Shown here in pieces: positions 50,901-63,517 of a stretch of 64,000 nt of DNA. Source of the DNA: Callorhinchus milii. Lineage: Eukaryota. The position numbers were made by a program, and so were the translations under genes. The notes below the pieces were generated by a model. That model ran no database searches, was not told the DNA's origin, and saw only the letters and a list, made by a program, of their open reading frames with translations. The stretch lies in NCBI RefSeq assembly GCF_018977255.1, contig NW_024704742.1, positions 61,754,001 through 61,818,000 on the forward strand, written 5' to 3'. Position 1 is the first letter of the stretch. Each line of letters starts with the position of its first letter.

Positions 50901-50967
50901 TAATTTGGAAAAATGGGAGAGCGATTCGTATTTTCTGCCATGTTAATGATAGTTAGAGAACACCACA

Positions 50968-51285
50968 ATTTTGTTTTTGTCAGCTAGATGTCTGACATAT
51001 GTGGAAACACATCACCATTCTTACGAATATTCAAACTAGGCAGAGTTCCACTTATGTATGCAATTTATTCATGGAAATTTTGGTGACTGGAATGGAATGT
51101 GCATTCTCTGGAGGAACGCACCTTACGCACATATTTCTGGATGCAGGATGGCAATAATCAATGCTTGGGGACCCCAGAGTGTGCCTTGGGATACTGCTGA
51201 GGTTTAACCAGCTAAACCATCAGAGTTTTCCACTAAGAGGACTGTCTGGCTAGTTCTCTACCATTTGTCCAGCCTAGGATCACCA
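50968..51285. mobile_element. Family X, longest copy
   Basis: Links the terminal hairpin segment to the internal ggtttaaccagctaaacc segment. Confidence 0.75.
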
Positions 51286-52121
51286 AATCAATTTGGGCTT
51301 TGGCTTGCAGTGTTCAGAATCCTTGCTCCCAGTGTCTGAACTTCAAGTCCTGCCAATGAGACAGATCTGTGATCACTGTCAGTAGTGCTCTGGAGTATTG
51401 CAAACCCGTCTGACTCAGGAACCGGATTTCTAAGAATAACAGAGAGTTCACTCGATTCCAACATTGAGTTGCTAAGCATATCAGCCTTCAGGAGAATGCC
51501 ATTTGGACCACCAACAACAACTTACCTAGTGCTCTTCACATAGGTAACATTTCAGAGCACTTATCGAACGATGATCGGCCTCAAGTCTGTACCAACTTTC
51601 AGAGCAAGCTGTTCATTCAATCCTGAAGCCCAACTCTATTCCTATATCTCTTTGAGCCAGCTCAAGCTCCAAGAGGCCCCTGCTACCCTACTCTGTTCCC
51701 CTCTCCAAGGAGTACAATTATTACTTGGCCATTTGACATCTGATTAGCACAGGTTTGAGCTCTGACTTGGAAGATAACAAATAGATGCTCTCTATGAGCT
51801 TCCTGGTGAGCAACACAGGTCAGAATGACATGTTAGAGCATTGCCACCTAGTGCCTACAGTTAACATAACTGTTAACAATTCTAAATTTTACAACTTGTA
51901 TTTATCATAATAATCCTAGCTTGATATAGCGCCTTATCATATAAAGGCGTCTCAAAGTGCTTCACAGGATTTATAGCAAAATAGTTTTGACTGTACTTTG
52001 TGGGGGATGTAGTGCTCTTCACAAAGACAGAGGTGAACCCTGAGCAAGGGAGGAGGGTGAGCATGGAATGGGGAAGGTGACCAAAAGCAGTCCAAGAGGT
52101 ATGCTTTTAGACAAGATTTAA

Positions 52122-52725
52122 AACAACAACAAATTGCATTTATATAGCGCCTTTCACGTCAGGAGGATGTCCCAAGATGCTGAACAATGAGTGCTTTGCA
52201 CTCAAGCTGCGGATTGGGATTAAAGAGGGGTGGAGGGCAAGGGGGTGGAGGAGGGAAGATGACCAATGGCACAGTCAAATAGGAAGGTCTTGAGACAGGC
52301 CTTCAAGAAGGGAAGGGGTGAGGTGGAGGCGCTCCGAGATGAAGTTTCAGAGGATGGGGGCACAAAGGCTGAAGACCCGACCGATAGTGGAGCAGGCAGT
52401 GGGGGGATGTGGAGCAGGCTAGTGTCTGCAGAGTGGAGAGAGCGCACAGGTTGGTGAAGATTTAAAAGGTCACTGAGGTAGGGAGGAGCAAGACTGTAAA
52501 CAGCTTTAAAGCTGAGGACAAGGATCTTAAACTTGATCCTCTAGGGGATGGAGAGCCAGTGAAACGGGGCAAGAATAGGGATTGTTGGGTCTTAGGGAGA
52601 CAGTGGAGTCTGGTGGGGATTGGCGTAATGGGCTTTCGAGAGTCTAATGCAGGTGAGGTTTCGGGCAGTGAAGTTTTGGATTAGCTGGAGTTTATTGATG
52701 GTGAAACTAGAGACTGACGAGGATT
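52122..52725 (-). mobile_element. L2 3' portion
   Basis: RSLHSADTSLLHIP...LKTFLFD; (TTG)n tail. Confidence 0.9.
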
Positions 52726-52981
52726 AACAAGTTAATCAATATAGTAGTGAAAAAAACTACTTTATTCAATACATAAAGAAGAAAGTAATCTTTTCCTGTT
52801 GTGACGAGGATATAAAACTCCTTAAACGCTAAGGTAACAATTGAAGGTTTTGTTCCTTAAATCCGTACTAGACGTGTGAATGAAATTTCCTCTGATACTT
52901 GTTGTGGCTGTCAGCATGAGCCAGACTTTAACACCTTCTGTAGAGTGTAGGAGTATGAATTTATGTACCATTGTGTAAAGT

Positions 52982-53200
52982 GTCAGCTTGACTCAATTGG
53001 TAGCAATCCCACCTTTGGGTCAAAAGGTTGTGGATTCCAGCCCAACATTGAGATTGGAGCAGTACTAGGAAATGCTGCATTGTTGGAGCTGCCATCACCC
53101 AGTTGAGATGTTAAACTGTGATCAATTCTACCAGTTTGCAGATGTGAATGAAAGATCCTATTGGAAAAGAGAAGGGAGCTTATCCTAGTTTGTAAAACAA
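52982..53200 (+). mobile_element. DeuSINE 5' part
   Basis: Head and Deu-like core. Confidence 0.7.
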
Positions 53201-53464
53201 CAATTCTTCTATTTTGCCTATTAAAGTCTCAAGAAAGCTAGACTTTAAGGAGCCTCAAGGCGATATATTTGAAATGAAAGTTTATGAGCAAGCAACCCTC
53301 TCATTGAGAATCATATGAAAGATGTGATTATTTAAAATCTTGTTTGAGTTAGTCTTGAGGTTGCACACAATGTCTTCAATATTTTCTGCCACAAAGAACC
53401 CTTGAAAATGTCCAGCGCCCAATTTTCCTAAAACAGCTGTGTGTGTCTTCAGCTACATTGACAT

Positions 53465-53655
53465 TAATAATAATAATAATAATTTGGTCACTCAGTCCAT
53501 GACTGTTTGCGGCACACTGCTGTGTGCAATTGTCTGTCGTGTTTCGCTCACAAAATAGTCAATTCACTATTTCTAATATAATCTATGAAAAACTTTGAGA
53601 TGTTTCAACGACATAAGGCACTATATCAAATGCAAGGGTTATTATTATTATTTAT
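53465..53655 (+). mobile_element. SINE 3' part
   Basis: Family motifs. Confidence 0.8.
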
Positions 53656-54264
53656 TATGTGTGCGGGGGGCAGGGGGATAGTGGACAGAACATAAACTTA
53701 TTTGTGACAAAAAGAGAAAAATGATTCAAGAAGAGCTGACTTAACCAAACCTGACTAAAGCTGACTTAATTCAAGTGATCGTTCTGTAGCATGTTTGGTG
53801 GCAAATTGCTCAGCTTAATTACATCACCTCTTGACACTACCCTAGAACTGCACTGGAGTGTGTACCTTGGGTATGAGCTCAATTCCTGAACTAACAATCA
53901 AAGTGCTACCAATTGAGCCAAATAGACAAAAAAGCTGGAGTGTCTAAATCACAGGGGAAAGGATTTGTTTGCAGTTATCAGCTGAGAGACTGTTGTAGAT
54001 GTAAATTGAACTCTAGAATTTAATATTTAGAATATTAAATATTTAGAATTTAAAAAGACGATTCCATAACAAGGATATTATTATCATTATATTGATGAAA
54101 GTGGCTGCTAAAAACTGAGAAAAGAATTTCCTTAAATACTGAAGTAACAATCCAATAACCATTGGATTGGAATCAAAATTTTCAGAAACTTGGACAACAG
54201 GAGACCTCAAGACTTAATAGGTTTCAAAAGTAGATGGATATATTGTCAATTTTAAAAATAAGTA

Positions 54265-54485
54265 GTTTTGGGGGTGTCTGACACATGCGCAAACCCATTT
54301 CAATGCTTAACAGTATCCAAACTAGACAGAGTTCTACCTAATATGTGGACATTTTTGTATCTAGATTGAAGAGCACTCTCCCCAGAGGAACACACCCTGC
54401 TAACACAACTCCAGAGTCCTAGGCAAAAGTTGGCAAGAGCCAAGGCTTGGGACCTCAGAGTGTACATCTACGTATTTGCTGGAAC
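54265..54485. mobile_element. Family X fragment
   Basis: gggtgtctgacacatgcgcaaacccat...gtatccaaactagacagagttc...ggcttgggacctcagagtgt. Confidence 0.75.
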
Positions 54486-56889
54486 ATACATCAATAGGAC
54501 AATTTTACTGAAATAATTTTTAAAAAAGAGCAAAAATTGCTCGAGAAGGCAAATAGCATAAATAGGTTTATAAAACAACTAGATGTATTTCTGGAGAGGG
54601 ATTATGGTTGTAAGAAAGTGGAACAAACTTAATGAGCTTGGGCAAAAATATCTTGTCCGGTTTTCAAAATGTGCTAGGTTTCGTACCATGAAAACAATTA
54701 GCAGCTTTGTAGTATTGTATAATCAAAACACTAGAACTTTTTACCTTCAACAGTACCATTTTTTAAAAATATTTTAAGCTTCACTTGCCACTGATTTTTT
54801 AAAGCATGAAAAGCTTCATACCAATTCCATGATTATTAATTAGTAGTAGTATTATAGTCATTTACAATATGAGATTGTGAGGAAAACTAATCAAATGTTG
54901 ATATTTTGTTTCACAATAAATATGTGCATAAAAATTGTCCATACAGCTCTTTCTTATTTGGAAGGATTGAACATACTTTTACATATAAATTCATAAAGAA
55001 TATATAGATTTCTGCTGAAATAAAACATTAAGTACTTCCATAAAGAACACAACCAAATGAACAGGCAAATCCCATAAATATTTAAGGAAGAGTTAAATGG
55101 CTAAAAATGTTTGCAGCCTAATAATTTTAAACCTAGTGACGTTCAATTGGAAAACAGCTAAGATTATTCCTTTTTTAAAAAAAATCATAAGGTCAGTATC
55201 ATCATCCTGAAAATTATAAGACTTGTTAGCTTGACATCTGTATTATGAAAAAACCTCAACATCTGTGGTTGGAAAATTACCAGAGGAAGCAAAGCAAAAA
55301 CTCTTACAATAAAGGAGGAAGTAGTAAATTGGATAATAAATTGCCAACATAATAGGGAATTATGGTACTGATCTATGGCAGTATTCTAATTGGAAATGTG
55401 TGGCCTGTGGATTTCCCAAAGGTTAGTCCTGAGTCCTTTGCTGTTAACAATTTCTACAAATGGTCTCAAAAATATAGAATAACTAAGTTTGCAAATAACA
55501 CAAAGTTGTGTGAGAAAAGTGTTTTTCAGAGGAAAATAATAAAATTTGCAAACTTCAAATTTACCCCCAAGGCTACTTAGGTTCTCTTCAGTAATGCTTT
55601 ACTCCCAAAGACGGAAAAAACGCAGATTGATGATATATTATCAACGTTAGTGCCCTGTGAATATTAGCTTAAGCGATCAATGATGAGAAAGAGCTCCAAA
55701 CTCTGGTGTCATCCTGACAGTAAATTTCAATGGGAAAGACATGGGTTGGCAAATAAGAGTTTGATATTTGATTTCGTCGACAAGTAAAACTCACAACAAT
55801 GTGAAGCAAATATGGATAAATCGTAGCAGCCACCTTCTGAATTCAAAATATTGGGATAAATATTCAAAATGCAGGGCTCTATTATAACATGCAGCTCTCA
55901 AGCATTCATTCTGAGATAGGGTCTGGTAAGACAAATGGTACAGAACAGGAAAATAACCTAAAGGCTCTGGATTGGGAGATAAAACTTGTAGCCAGGATTC
56001 TGGATTAATTTAAAACAGTCTGATGGAAAGGGTGCTGGTGTTGTTACTCTATAAGCATGAGATCAAATATATCCAAGCCTTTCTTGTGGTGTCTATAAAC
56101 AATGTCGTTTTATCACTCAGTTGCAACAACTGTCATTTGTTTCCACCTAGTGGTTCAGGTGAGAACTGAAAATTAATCACTTAATCTGTATTTTAAACAT
56201 TTCAATAATTTTGCAAATTTAGTACCGTAATTATTTATCAGCATTGACACTACTAGAAAAGTTTCAAACTTGCACAGTAATAACTTTACAAAAATTCTGC
56301 ACATAAGGGTTCATTTCACATCAGTAATCCAGTGTTCACCTGTTCCAAGACGTATTTTATTTGAATACTTGGATGCTGTTCAAAATTCTACTGATTCAAT
56401 CATGTTTAAGGGCTTTTAAAGTAAGTTTTCACCATTTAATACCAATTTTTACAGTGAAAGCTGATCAGAAATCAACACCTAAATCAGAGATTTTCACACT
56501 TTGGCACACATTTTCTACAATTACCTTGGTTACAGTAGAATATCCAGATTATGCAGAGGTAAAGTACTCAGTTATTTTTAGATTATTATAAACTGAGGGA
56601 GCACATAAATCCTTTTTTCATCAAAGAAAGCATATCCAGAGATTCTGTAAAATAGTGTTACATGGTGAACAAAAATGTTTTTTTTTATTCAGCTGTCCAA
56701 ATTGTGAAATCAACTATTAATATACAGGATTTACTTTGTTCAAATATTAAATGTTCTTGTAAGGTAGAATCCATGCAGTGCATTTGACAGACTAAGGCAG
56801 TGTGACAAAATAAAAAATGCCTTATGTAATGTTCAATGTGTTAAAAGGTCATTCTATATGTGATTTCAAATATTTATCTCCAATATACT

Positions 56890-57098
56890 TAATAATAATA
56901 ATCCTTGCATTTGATACAGCGCTTTTCACGTCGGGAGGACGTCCCAAAGCGCTTCACAGAACACACTATAAAGTGAATTGACTGTACATTTGTGGGCGAA
57001 CGCAGCAGCCAATAGCGCACAGCAATGTCCCACAAACAGGCGTAGATTGAAAATGACCAATTTATTATTGTTTTTGGTTTTTGGAGGGATTATTATTA
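56890..57098 (-). mobile_element. Short-subfamily SINE, 5'-truncated
   Basis: Nearly identical to 6227-6440. Confidence 0.9.
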
Positions 57099-57837
57099 AT
57101 CAGAAAGAAAGATTGGAAATGAGACCCAATATATATTATATATAATTCACATCCTGATTTGGAAATCTAAGACTGGCAGAGACAATTGTTGAACTTGCCA
57201 CAAAAGAAAAGAGAACAGTGAGATAGACACAAGGGCTCTTCCACATAAATTATCTTTACTACTTCAGGTGGTAGGAAAACTACTGTTTGCGAGTAGTTGC
57301 AAATGATTTACACCACATCAGTAATACTGATACTAAAATATCATTGATACATTAATAGTCTTTCATACAAATTGGGGCTTGCTAATTTAAAGCTCTTAAG
57401 AAAACAGAAGAAATCATTTTGATGTTCAAAAAGTCTATTTAGTACGTAGTGGGACATCCAATGTGCTATTGGTCAAAACTGACATAGAAAAGGGTATTTT
57501 CATTGCTTTGAGTTTCAGAGTGCCCACTCATGAAAGGATATTTTAATGTTCCTTGCAATCCAACCAAAAAAATATTATGATACTGGAATAATCAAAGATA
57601 TTAATTGTTTTTGTCAGTGTAGAGCTTGGCATTAGAAATCCTATTACAATATAACACCACCAAATTTACATAGCACCTTTCACATCTGGAGGACATCCCA
57701 AGGACCATAACAGTCCTGGTTTGGCACCCGAGTTAAGTCTAGGAAAGATGAACAAATATGCGGCCAAAGAGGAAACATGTTTACAATGTTACAAACTTTT
57801 AGTTCTTTTAATTGAAATAAAAATAGCTGACCATCAA

Positions 57838-58474
57838 CAATAACAAGATTACATTTGTATAGTGCCTTTCACGTTGGGAGGACGTCCCAGGGCGCTGGAC
57901 AGAGTAACAGTATTTCAGACCCGAGCTGGGGTTGGGGGCAGGGAGGGGAGGGGAAGGGGGTTGGCTGATGGCATGGTCGAAGGAGGGTCTTGAGGTAGGA
58001 CTTGAAAGAGGCTAAGACGGGGGCGAGGCGGAGTGACTGGGGAATGCAATTCCAGAGGTTGGGGGCAGAGTGGCTGAAGGCTCTCTCACCAATGGTGGGG
58101 CGGGTGGGTCGGGGGACATGGAGCAGGCCGGAGCCAGCTGAGCGGAGGGAACGGGCGGGTTGATAGGGTGTTAGGAGGTCACAGAGGTAGGTTGGGGCGA
58201 GACCATGGAGGGCTTTGTAGGATCTTGAACTGGATCCTCTGAAGGATAGGGAGCCAATGGAGTCGGGCAAGAATGGAGGAGATGGGGTCACGGAGTTTGG
58301 TGCGGGAGAGGACACGGGCTGCAGAGTTCTGGATTATCTGCAGCCTGTGGAGGGAGGAGTTGGGAAGGCCGACAAGCAGGACATTTGCATAGTCGAGCCT
58401 GGAGATGATGAAGGTATGAACAAGAGTTTCAGTGGCCTGAGGGGTGAGGTAGTGGCGGAGATAGGCAATGTTGC
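57838..58474 (-). mobile_element. L2 family A-like 3' portion
   Basis: HTFIISRLDYANVLLVGLP...APNLWN; atcaa on both flanks. Confidence 0.95.
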
Positions 58475-58764
58475 AATCAATCAAGTTACAATCAAGTCCA
58501 GAGCTCATCTGTTTATTGCATAGAGACAACTGAAAGTTAAATTAATCTGCTCAAAGGTCATCCAAATTTTTTTACATGGGCATCAAATAAAAGATAATCT
58601 GAACTGGAAAAAATGTTTTAGATCCCAGGTAATTAATACAATGTACAGATTGTGATGATTTTGTACTTTGTATTCTGAAAATGTAACACTAGATGGTGCT
58701 GAAACTGCATAGCTGAACTATTACAGGAAAGTTGTACAAAAGGAAGAAAAATACCAAATTAATC

Positions 58765-58770
58765 TTTATT
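58765..58770 (-). promoter_or_regulatory. Candidate CEP44 polyadenylation signal
   Basis: AATAAA on the minus strand ~280 nt after the stop codon. Confidence 0.45.
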
Positions 58771-59047
58771 CAGGTCATATAATTTGTACAGGTTGAATCT
58801 AACTTGACACTGGTTTCACTTTGATCATTTTGAGTTGTTTGAAATTACCTCTATTAGTTTTGATTTACAGCATTTTTAAAGTATCATTAATTTGTTTGGT
58901 GAAGAAAAAGAACAATCAAAATGTCATAATATATACAATACAAACCTATATATATATATCATTATTTATCAACAGAAATACTTCAGCATAAATACATTAA
59001 GATCCATACAATGTTTTGGTGTCGCACCTTCACAATATTATGACAGT

Positions 59048-59096
59048 TTAAAGAGGATTTTCTGTACACTTCAACAAATCTGAAGTTTCTTCAATC
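59048..59096 (-). CDS. CEP44: CEP44 terminal coding exon
   Basis: Acceptor ttttttaattccag|. Translates (M)IEETSDLLKCTENPL*, similar to human [16 protein letters not shown]. Confidence 0.9.
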
Positions 59097-59567
59097 CTGG
59101 AATTAAAAAAAAATCGATTAATACTACTTTATTAGAACATTTCTTCCAGGAACTGGCCATCATCATCCAACATATCATCCAAAAACTGAACACAAATTCC
59201 ACTGGGAAACTGAGACCAGCAGAACGTACTTATTTGAAGCTTGGTATCCTCATACCAGGTTATTACCAAGGGATAAAAAGGTCATAAACATCTGAACTGA
59301 ATTATGTGGTACAAGATTCCTGGGACTGGGTGATGCTGTGGCAAGACTGAGAATGTATTACACAGTTGCATGAGCAAGATACTAAAATATTGCGGTACAG
59401 AAATCTGTGCCATCAATTGGTAATAATTAGACACTACAGAAAGGGTGAGATTGTATTTAAATTTGAAAAGATTTAAAAGCAAAATGACAAAGAAATCACT
59501 TAGCAGTTAGCAACAAAAGCTTTCGGTCTCTAGGCCAGCTCAGTAACTTCTTCCACAGTAAGTCTAT

Positions 59568-59725
59568 AATAATAATCCTTGCATTTGATATAGCGCTTTT
59601 CACGTCTTATAGTCATCTCAGAATATTCTGTAAAGTGAATTGACTGTATACTTGTGGGCAAAACGCAGGAGCCAATTGCGCACAGCAGTGTCCTACAAAC
59701 AGTCGTGAATTGAAGTGACCAAATT
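59568..59725 (-). mobile_element. SINE 3' part in a CEP44 intron
   Basis: Family motifs. Confidence 0.85.
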
Positions 59726-60195
59726 TTTTTTGTTTTGTTTTGTATTCTTTGCTACAGAATGGGAACGCTCAATGACTCAGGTTACTATATTTACTTGATG
59801 AAGATTCAACAGATTACAATACTGCAACCACAGAATTTTATATATTCTTTTCACACAACAAAGGTTTTGAAATAACAGTCAGTGTGTATGATTCCCAAGA
59901 TGACAAAAGCAGACTTTGCTAAATTGCTCCTATGGCTTATCTGAATATATCCTTCATTGACTCACTCAGAAACATAGAAAATACAGTAAGAAGGCCCAAG
60001 TCCGCTTTTCCTTTACCCCCTTTTCCTACAAGAATTGGTTGCTATCCAAACATACGTTTCTAAACAGCAAACAACGACAATACTCTTAGAAAATCGCTTA
60101 CTGAATCTTTTCCTCATTTATAATTATGGGTAAAAGCACAAAATTGCATGCATGCAGCAGCTTCCAATTTAAACATCTAAGTAAAAAATACTTAC

Positions 60196-60236
60196 ATTTT
60201 GCTTATCCTATCCACCGTATGCTGCATTGCTTCTTT
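60196..60236 (-). CDS. CEP44: CEP44 41-nt exon
   Basis: Acceptor gtattttacag| and donor |gtaagt. Translates KEAMQHTVDRISK(M), similar to human [13 protein letters not shown]; phases fit on both sides. Confidence 0.85.
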
Positions 60237-60932
60237 CTGTAAAATACAACATAAAATCATCCCAATGGAGAATTCCCTGAAGTGCCATTGAATTGTTAGG
60301 AGTTGCATGGTGACAAGATCAAAGGTGACATTGGCCAGCTCAATAGCTTTAGAAACCAGCTTTTGGTCAAAATCATTTTAATGAGGAGGAGGATTGTTGT
60401 CCCACTGCAGATGCTATTTAGAGTGGAATGGGACATCCAGAGCCCTGGGACGTCCTCCTGACGTGAAAGGCGCTATACAAATATAATTTGCTATTATTGA
60501 ATGTCCCACAGTGTGATCACGTCACACACTACATTTTTTACCCCATTTTTTTAACAAAAACTATTCTGGCTTTAATATATTGATTAAAAAATAGGCTTAA
60601 AAGGCGGTTAATTTTAAATTCATATAAACTATTGTGAATGTATTTTTGTTTTTAAAAAAGTAGTAGCTTATTGTCTATATGGATCCAAGCACAAGGATAA
60701 CTTCAATGATTGTCTTGTGAGCAAGGAACTGACAAAGCTGACAACTGAAAGAATGAGTTATTTTCAAAAAAAGTTAAACATAAAATATTTCTTTAAACAA
60801 ATCAATATATCTGAATATTTAAATTATCATCAGCTCAATTTTTATAAAAATCTTGAATAAAACAATATTTAATGTTATTGCACTCTTGTGACCTTGAAAG
60901 AATGAAGAGAAACCTTCGTAAACTTTTCTTAC

Positions 60933-61063
60933 CTTCGAGCTTTCTGTCAAACCTAGTAAATTGATGTTCATTGCCTTGGGTGATTCATCTGCTGATAGAA
61001 GCGAGGTGTAACCAGATGAATGATAGAGAATACTCTGTGGCGTCTCAACTCTTTTCTCTCCAT
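60933..61063 (-). CDS. CEP44: CEP44 exon
   Basis: Acceptor ttttttgcag| and donor |gtaaga; 131 nt. Translates DGEKRVETPQSILYHSSGYTSLLSADESPKAMNINLLGLTESSK, similar to human ERPASIPLSSGYSTASSDSTPRASTVNYCGLNEISE. Tail-to-tail position with HPGD as in human. Confidence 0.9.
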
Positions 61064-61974
61064 CTGCAAAAAAATTCATGTTTTGTCTCCTTAGCCTTTC
61101 TCTACACCTACACAGGGTCACATAACAGGAATTGTTATGAAAAGTGCAAAGTAACAGTATAGTAGACATGGTTTAGAAATCCAAATGCTATAGCTGAACC
61201 TCACTAATAAATTTAAATTGCATCTTTTGCTAATATTTAAAGATCAAACTGGTTTGATTTTCCCTTCCCCCAACTCCAGACTGCATTGCTAAATGAGATT
61301 ATCTGCAGAATTCCAGGTTTATCATCCCTTGAGCCAGTAATGACATATTACTGAAGTCTAAATCATTCCAATGGATGACAAGTTCTGCAATTCCTTGATG
61401 TGAAGAGGTCTACAGACTCAGTATTAAAAGCACATGAACATTATAATTTATGGACTATAAAATGAATCTTAAACATAATAAAGAGGGTGTGTCTAAGTGA
61501 TACAGAAAGCTGGTTTAATCCTAAATCTGTACTGAGTTAATCAAGACAGTTAAGAAGGCCAAACCCTTAACTGTCCAGCTCCTTGGGACCTCCCTTCCTA
61601 GGTGATATGCACTATATAAATGTGATGTTGCTGTAGACTATATTAGATGAGATCTGGCATACAGCAACAACAACTTGCATTTATATAGCACCCTTCACAC
61701 GGGGTAGCATCCTGGAGCGCATGAATGTATATTTGGATACGTGCGTTTGTGTGAATACTGCGAGAAGACAGCCACTACGCTCAACCATCCTATTCTACAT
61801 GGTGGAAATGCACACAATTCACTGCTCAAGTTACAAGAAAAAGAATCGACATTTGCACAAAGGGCTGTCGACACAGAACATGTTTTAGGAGGAAGGACGA
61901 CGTGGTGGAGAAAAATATACATAAAATGGCCAGTTAATATTTTGTATCACTGACTCATTAAAAAGAATTTAATT

Positions 61975-62117
61975 TTAAAATAACTGCCGTGCACAATTGG
62001 CTACCACATGGCACTCATAAAATACAGTCAATCCACTTCACAATATATTCTGCAAAGCGCTTCGAGACATTTCAACGATGCAATAAGGCGCTATATCAAA
62101 TGCGAGGATTATTTATT
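61975..62117 (+). mobile_element. SINE 3' part
   Basis: Family motifs. Confidence 0.8.
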
Positions 62118-62694
62118 ATCTTCATATACTTGCTTGCGTGTTTACAACCTGAGCAAGATTGAGCAAATCTTAGGAATTTGAAGAAAGTTAATTTGAAAAG
62201 TCTTCAACATAAATATTTCTTAATGGCTATTGTCACAGCCGTTACAGAGGATATAATTTCGTTGTTTGTTGCACACTGCATCTTTTTTATTGAAAATATA
62301 TATCATTAAAGGTGTATAGTTAAAGGTGTACTGTTCTATCCTGGTGGTTGGGGGTGATAAACTCAAAATTATAACAGGGTGTTTAAAAATAGCCACCAGT
62401 CAGCGCTTCTGGATTGTGAATTCACTTCCTGTACAAAATAACATCAGTAGACATGTGCAGTACACAGGATGTGACATCAACGGTACTTCCTGCGCATAGT
62501 GCACTCGCACACTATGAACACCCACATTGAAATACAGCACCAATTAAGAAACAGAATCTAAGTAATATAAAAAAAGATGTATACTGTTCAACAAACCAAG
62601 TAAACAAAGAGATAATCATGGACTCTCTAAAATCATGCATTATTTCTTAATTTCTCCTTACTGTTTTTGGAATTTGTATCTAGATAAATAATAA

Positions 62695-62918
62695 AATAAT
62701 AATCCTTGTATTTGATATAACGCTTTTCACGTCTTCTAGATGTCTCAAAGCGCTTCACAGAATATGCTATAAAGTGAATTGATTGTACAGTTGTGGACGA
62801 AATGCAGCAGCCAATTGGGCACAGCAATGTCCCACAAATAGTCATGGATTGAAAATGACCAATTTTTTTTTTTTTTTTTGCTTTGGAGGGATTATTATTA
62901 GGCTTGTGGAGTAAGGAA
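62695..62918 (-). mobile_element. Short-subfamily SINE, 5'-truncated
   Basis: Tail through gtggagtaagga. Confidence 0.9.
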
Positions 62919-63059
62919 TAAATACATTTCCTCAAATACATTTTTAGATAAATAAATGTAATTGCTCTGAGACTTTGCCCTGCACGAAGAGCACTATATA
63001 AATACAAGATATTTCCTAACAATTCACATTCTGTCCTTTTTACAAGTCTTGCTATATAC

Positions 63060-63362
63060 AACACAAAATTACATTTGTATAGCACCTTTCATGTCAGGAG
63101 GACGTCCCAAGGTGCTGGACAATCAGGAATTTGGACCCGAGCTGAGGGTCAGGATCGGGGAGGGTGGACAAAGCTGCGGTCGAAGAGGGGGGTTTTGAGA
63201 CGTGCCTTGAACGAGGCAAGGGAGGGAGGCAAAGGGATTGGGGGATGGAGTTCCAAAGAGTGGGGGCAGAAAGGCTGAAGATCCGAACGCCGATGGTCAG
63301 GCAGGCCAGGTGGGGGTCATGGAGCAGGCCACAGCCTGCTTAACGGACGGAGCGGACAGGTT
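63060..63362 (-). mobile_element. L2 3' end
   Basis: Tail stem-loop and LKTPLFD-like coding remnant. Confidence 0.85.
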
Positions 63363-63517
63363 GATATCGAAAAATATATGGAATAATACTCAGTCCAATG
63401 GGTCAATATGCCACTACCGCTTTCAATTCAATCTCTGGGAGATACAAAAGAGTCACTCTAGACTTCCCATGGCAACAGCATTGTTGTGACAGCTTTTGGC
63501 TTTTGCGCTAGATTTAC

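Noticed and set aside
63462..63476. RFX X-box-like GTTGCCATGGGAAG (minus strand) in a centrosomal gene
   Set aside because: Imperfect and deep in a 3' intron, far from the promoter where X-boxes usually act.
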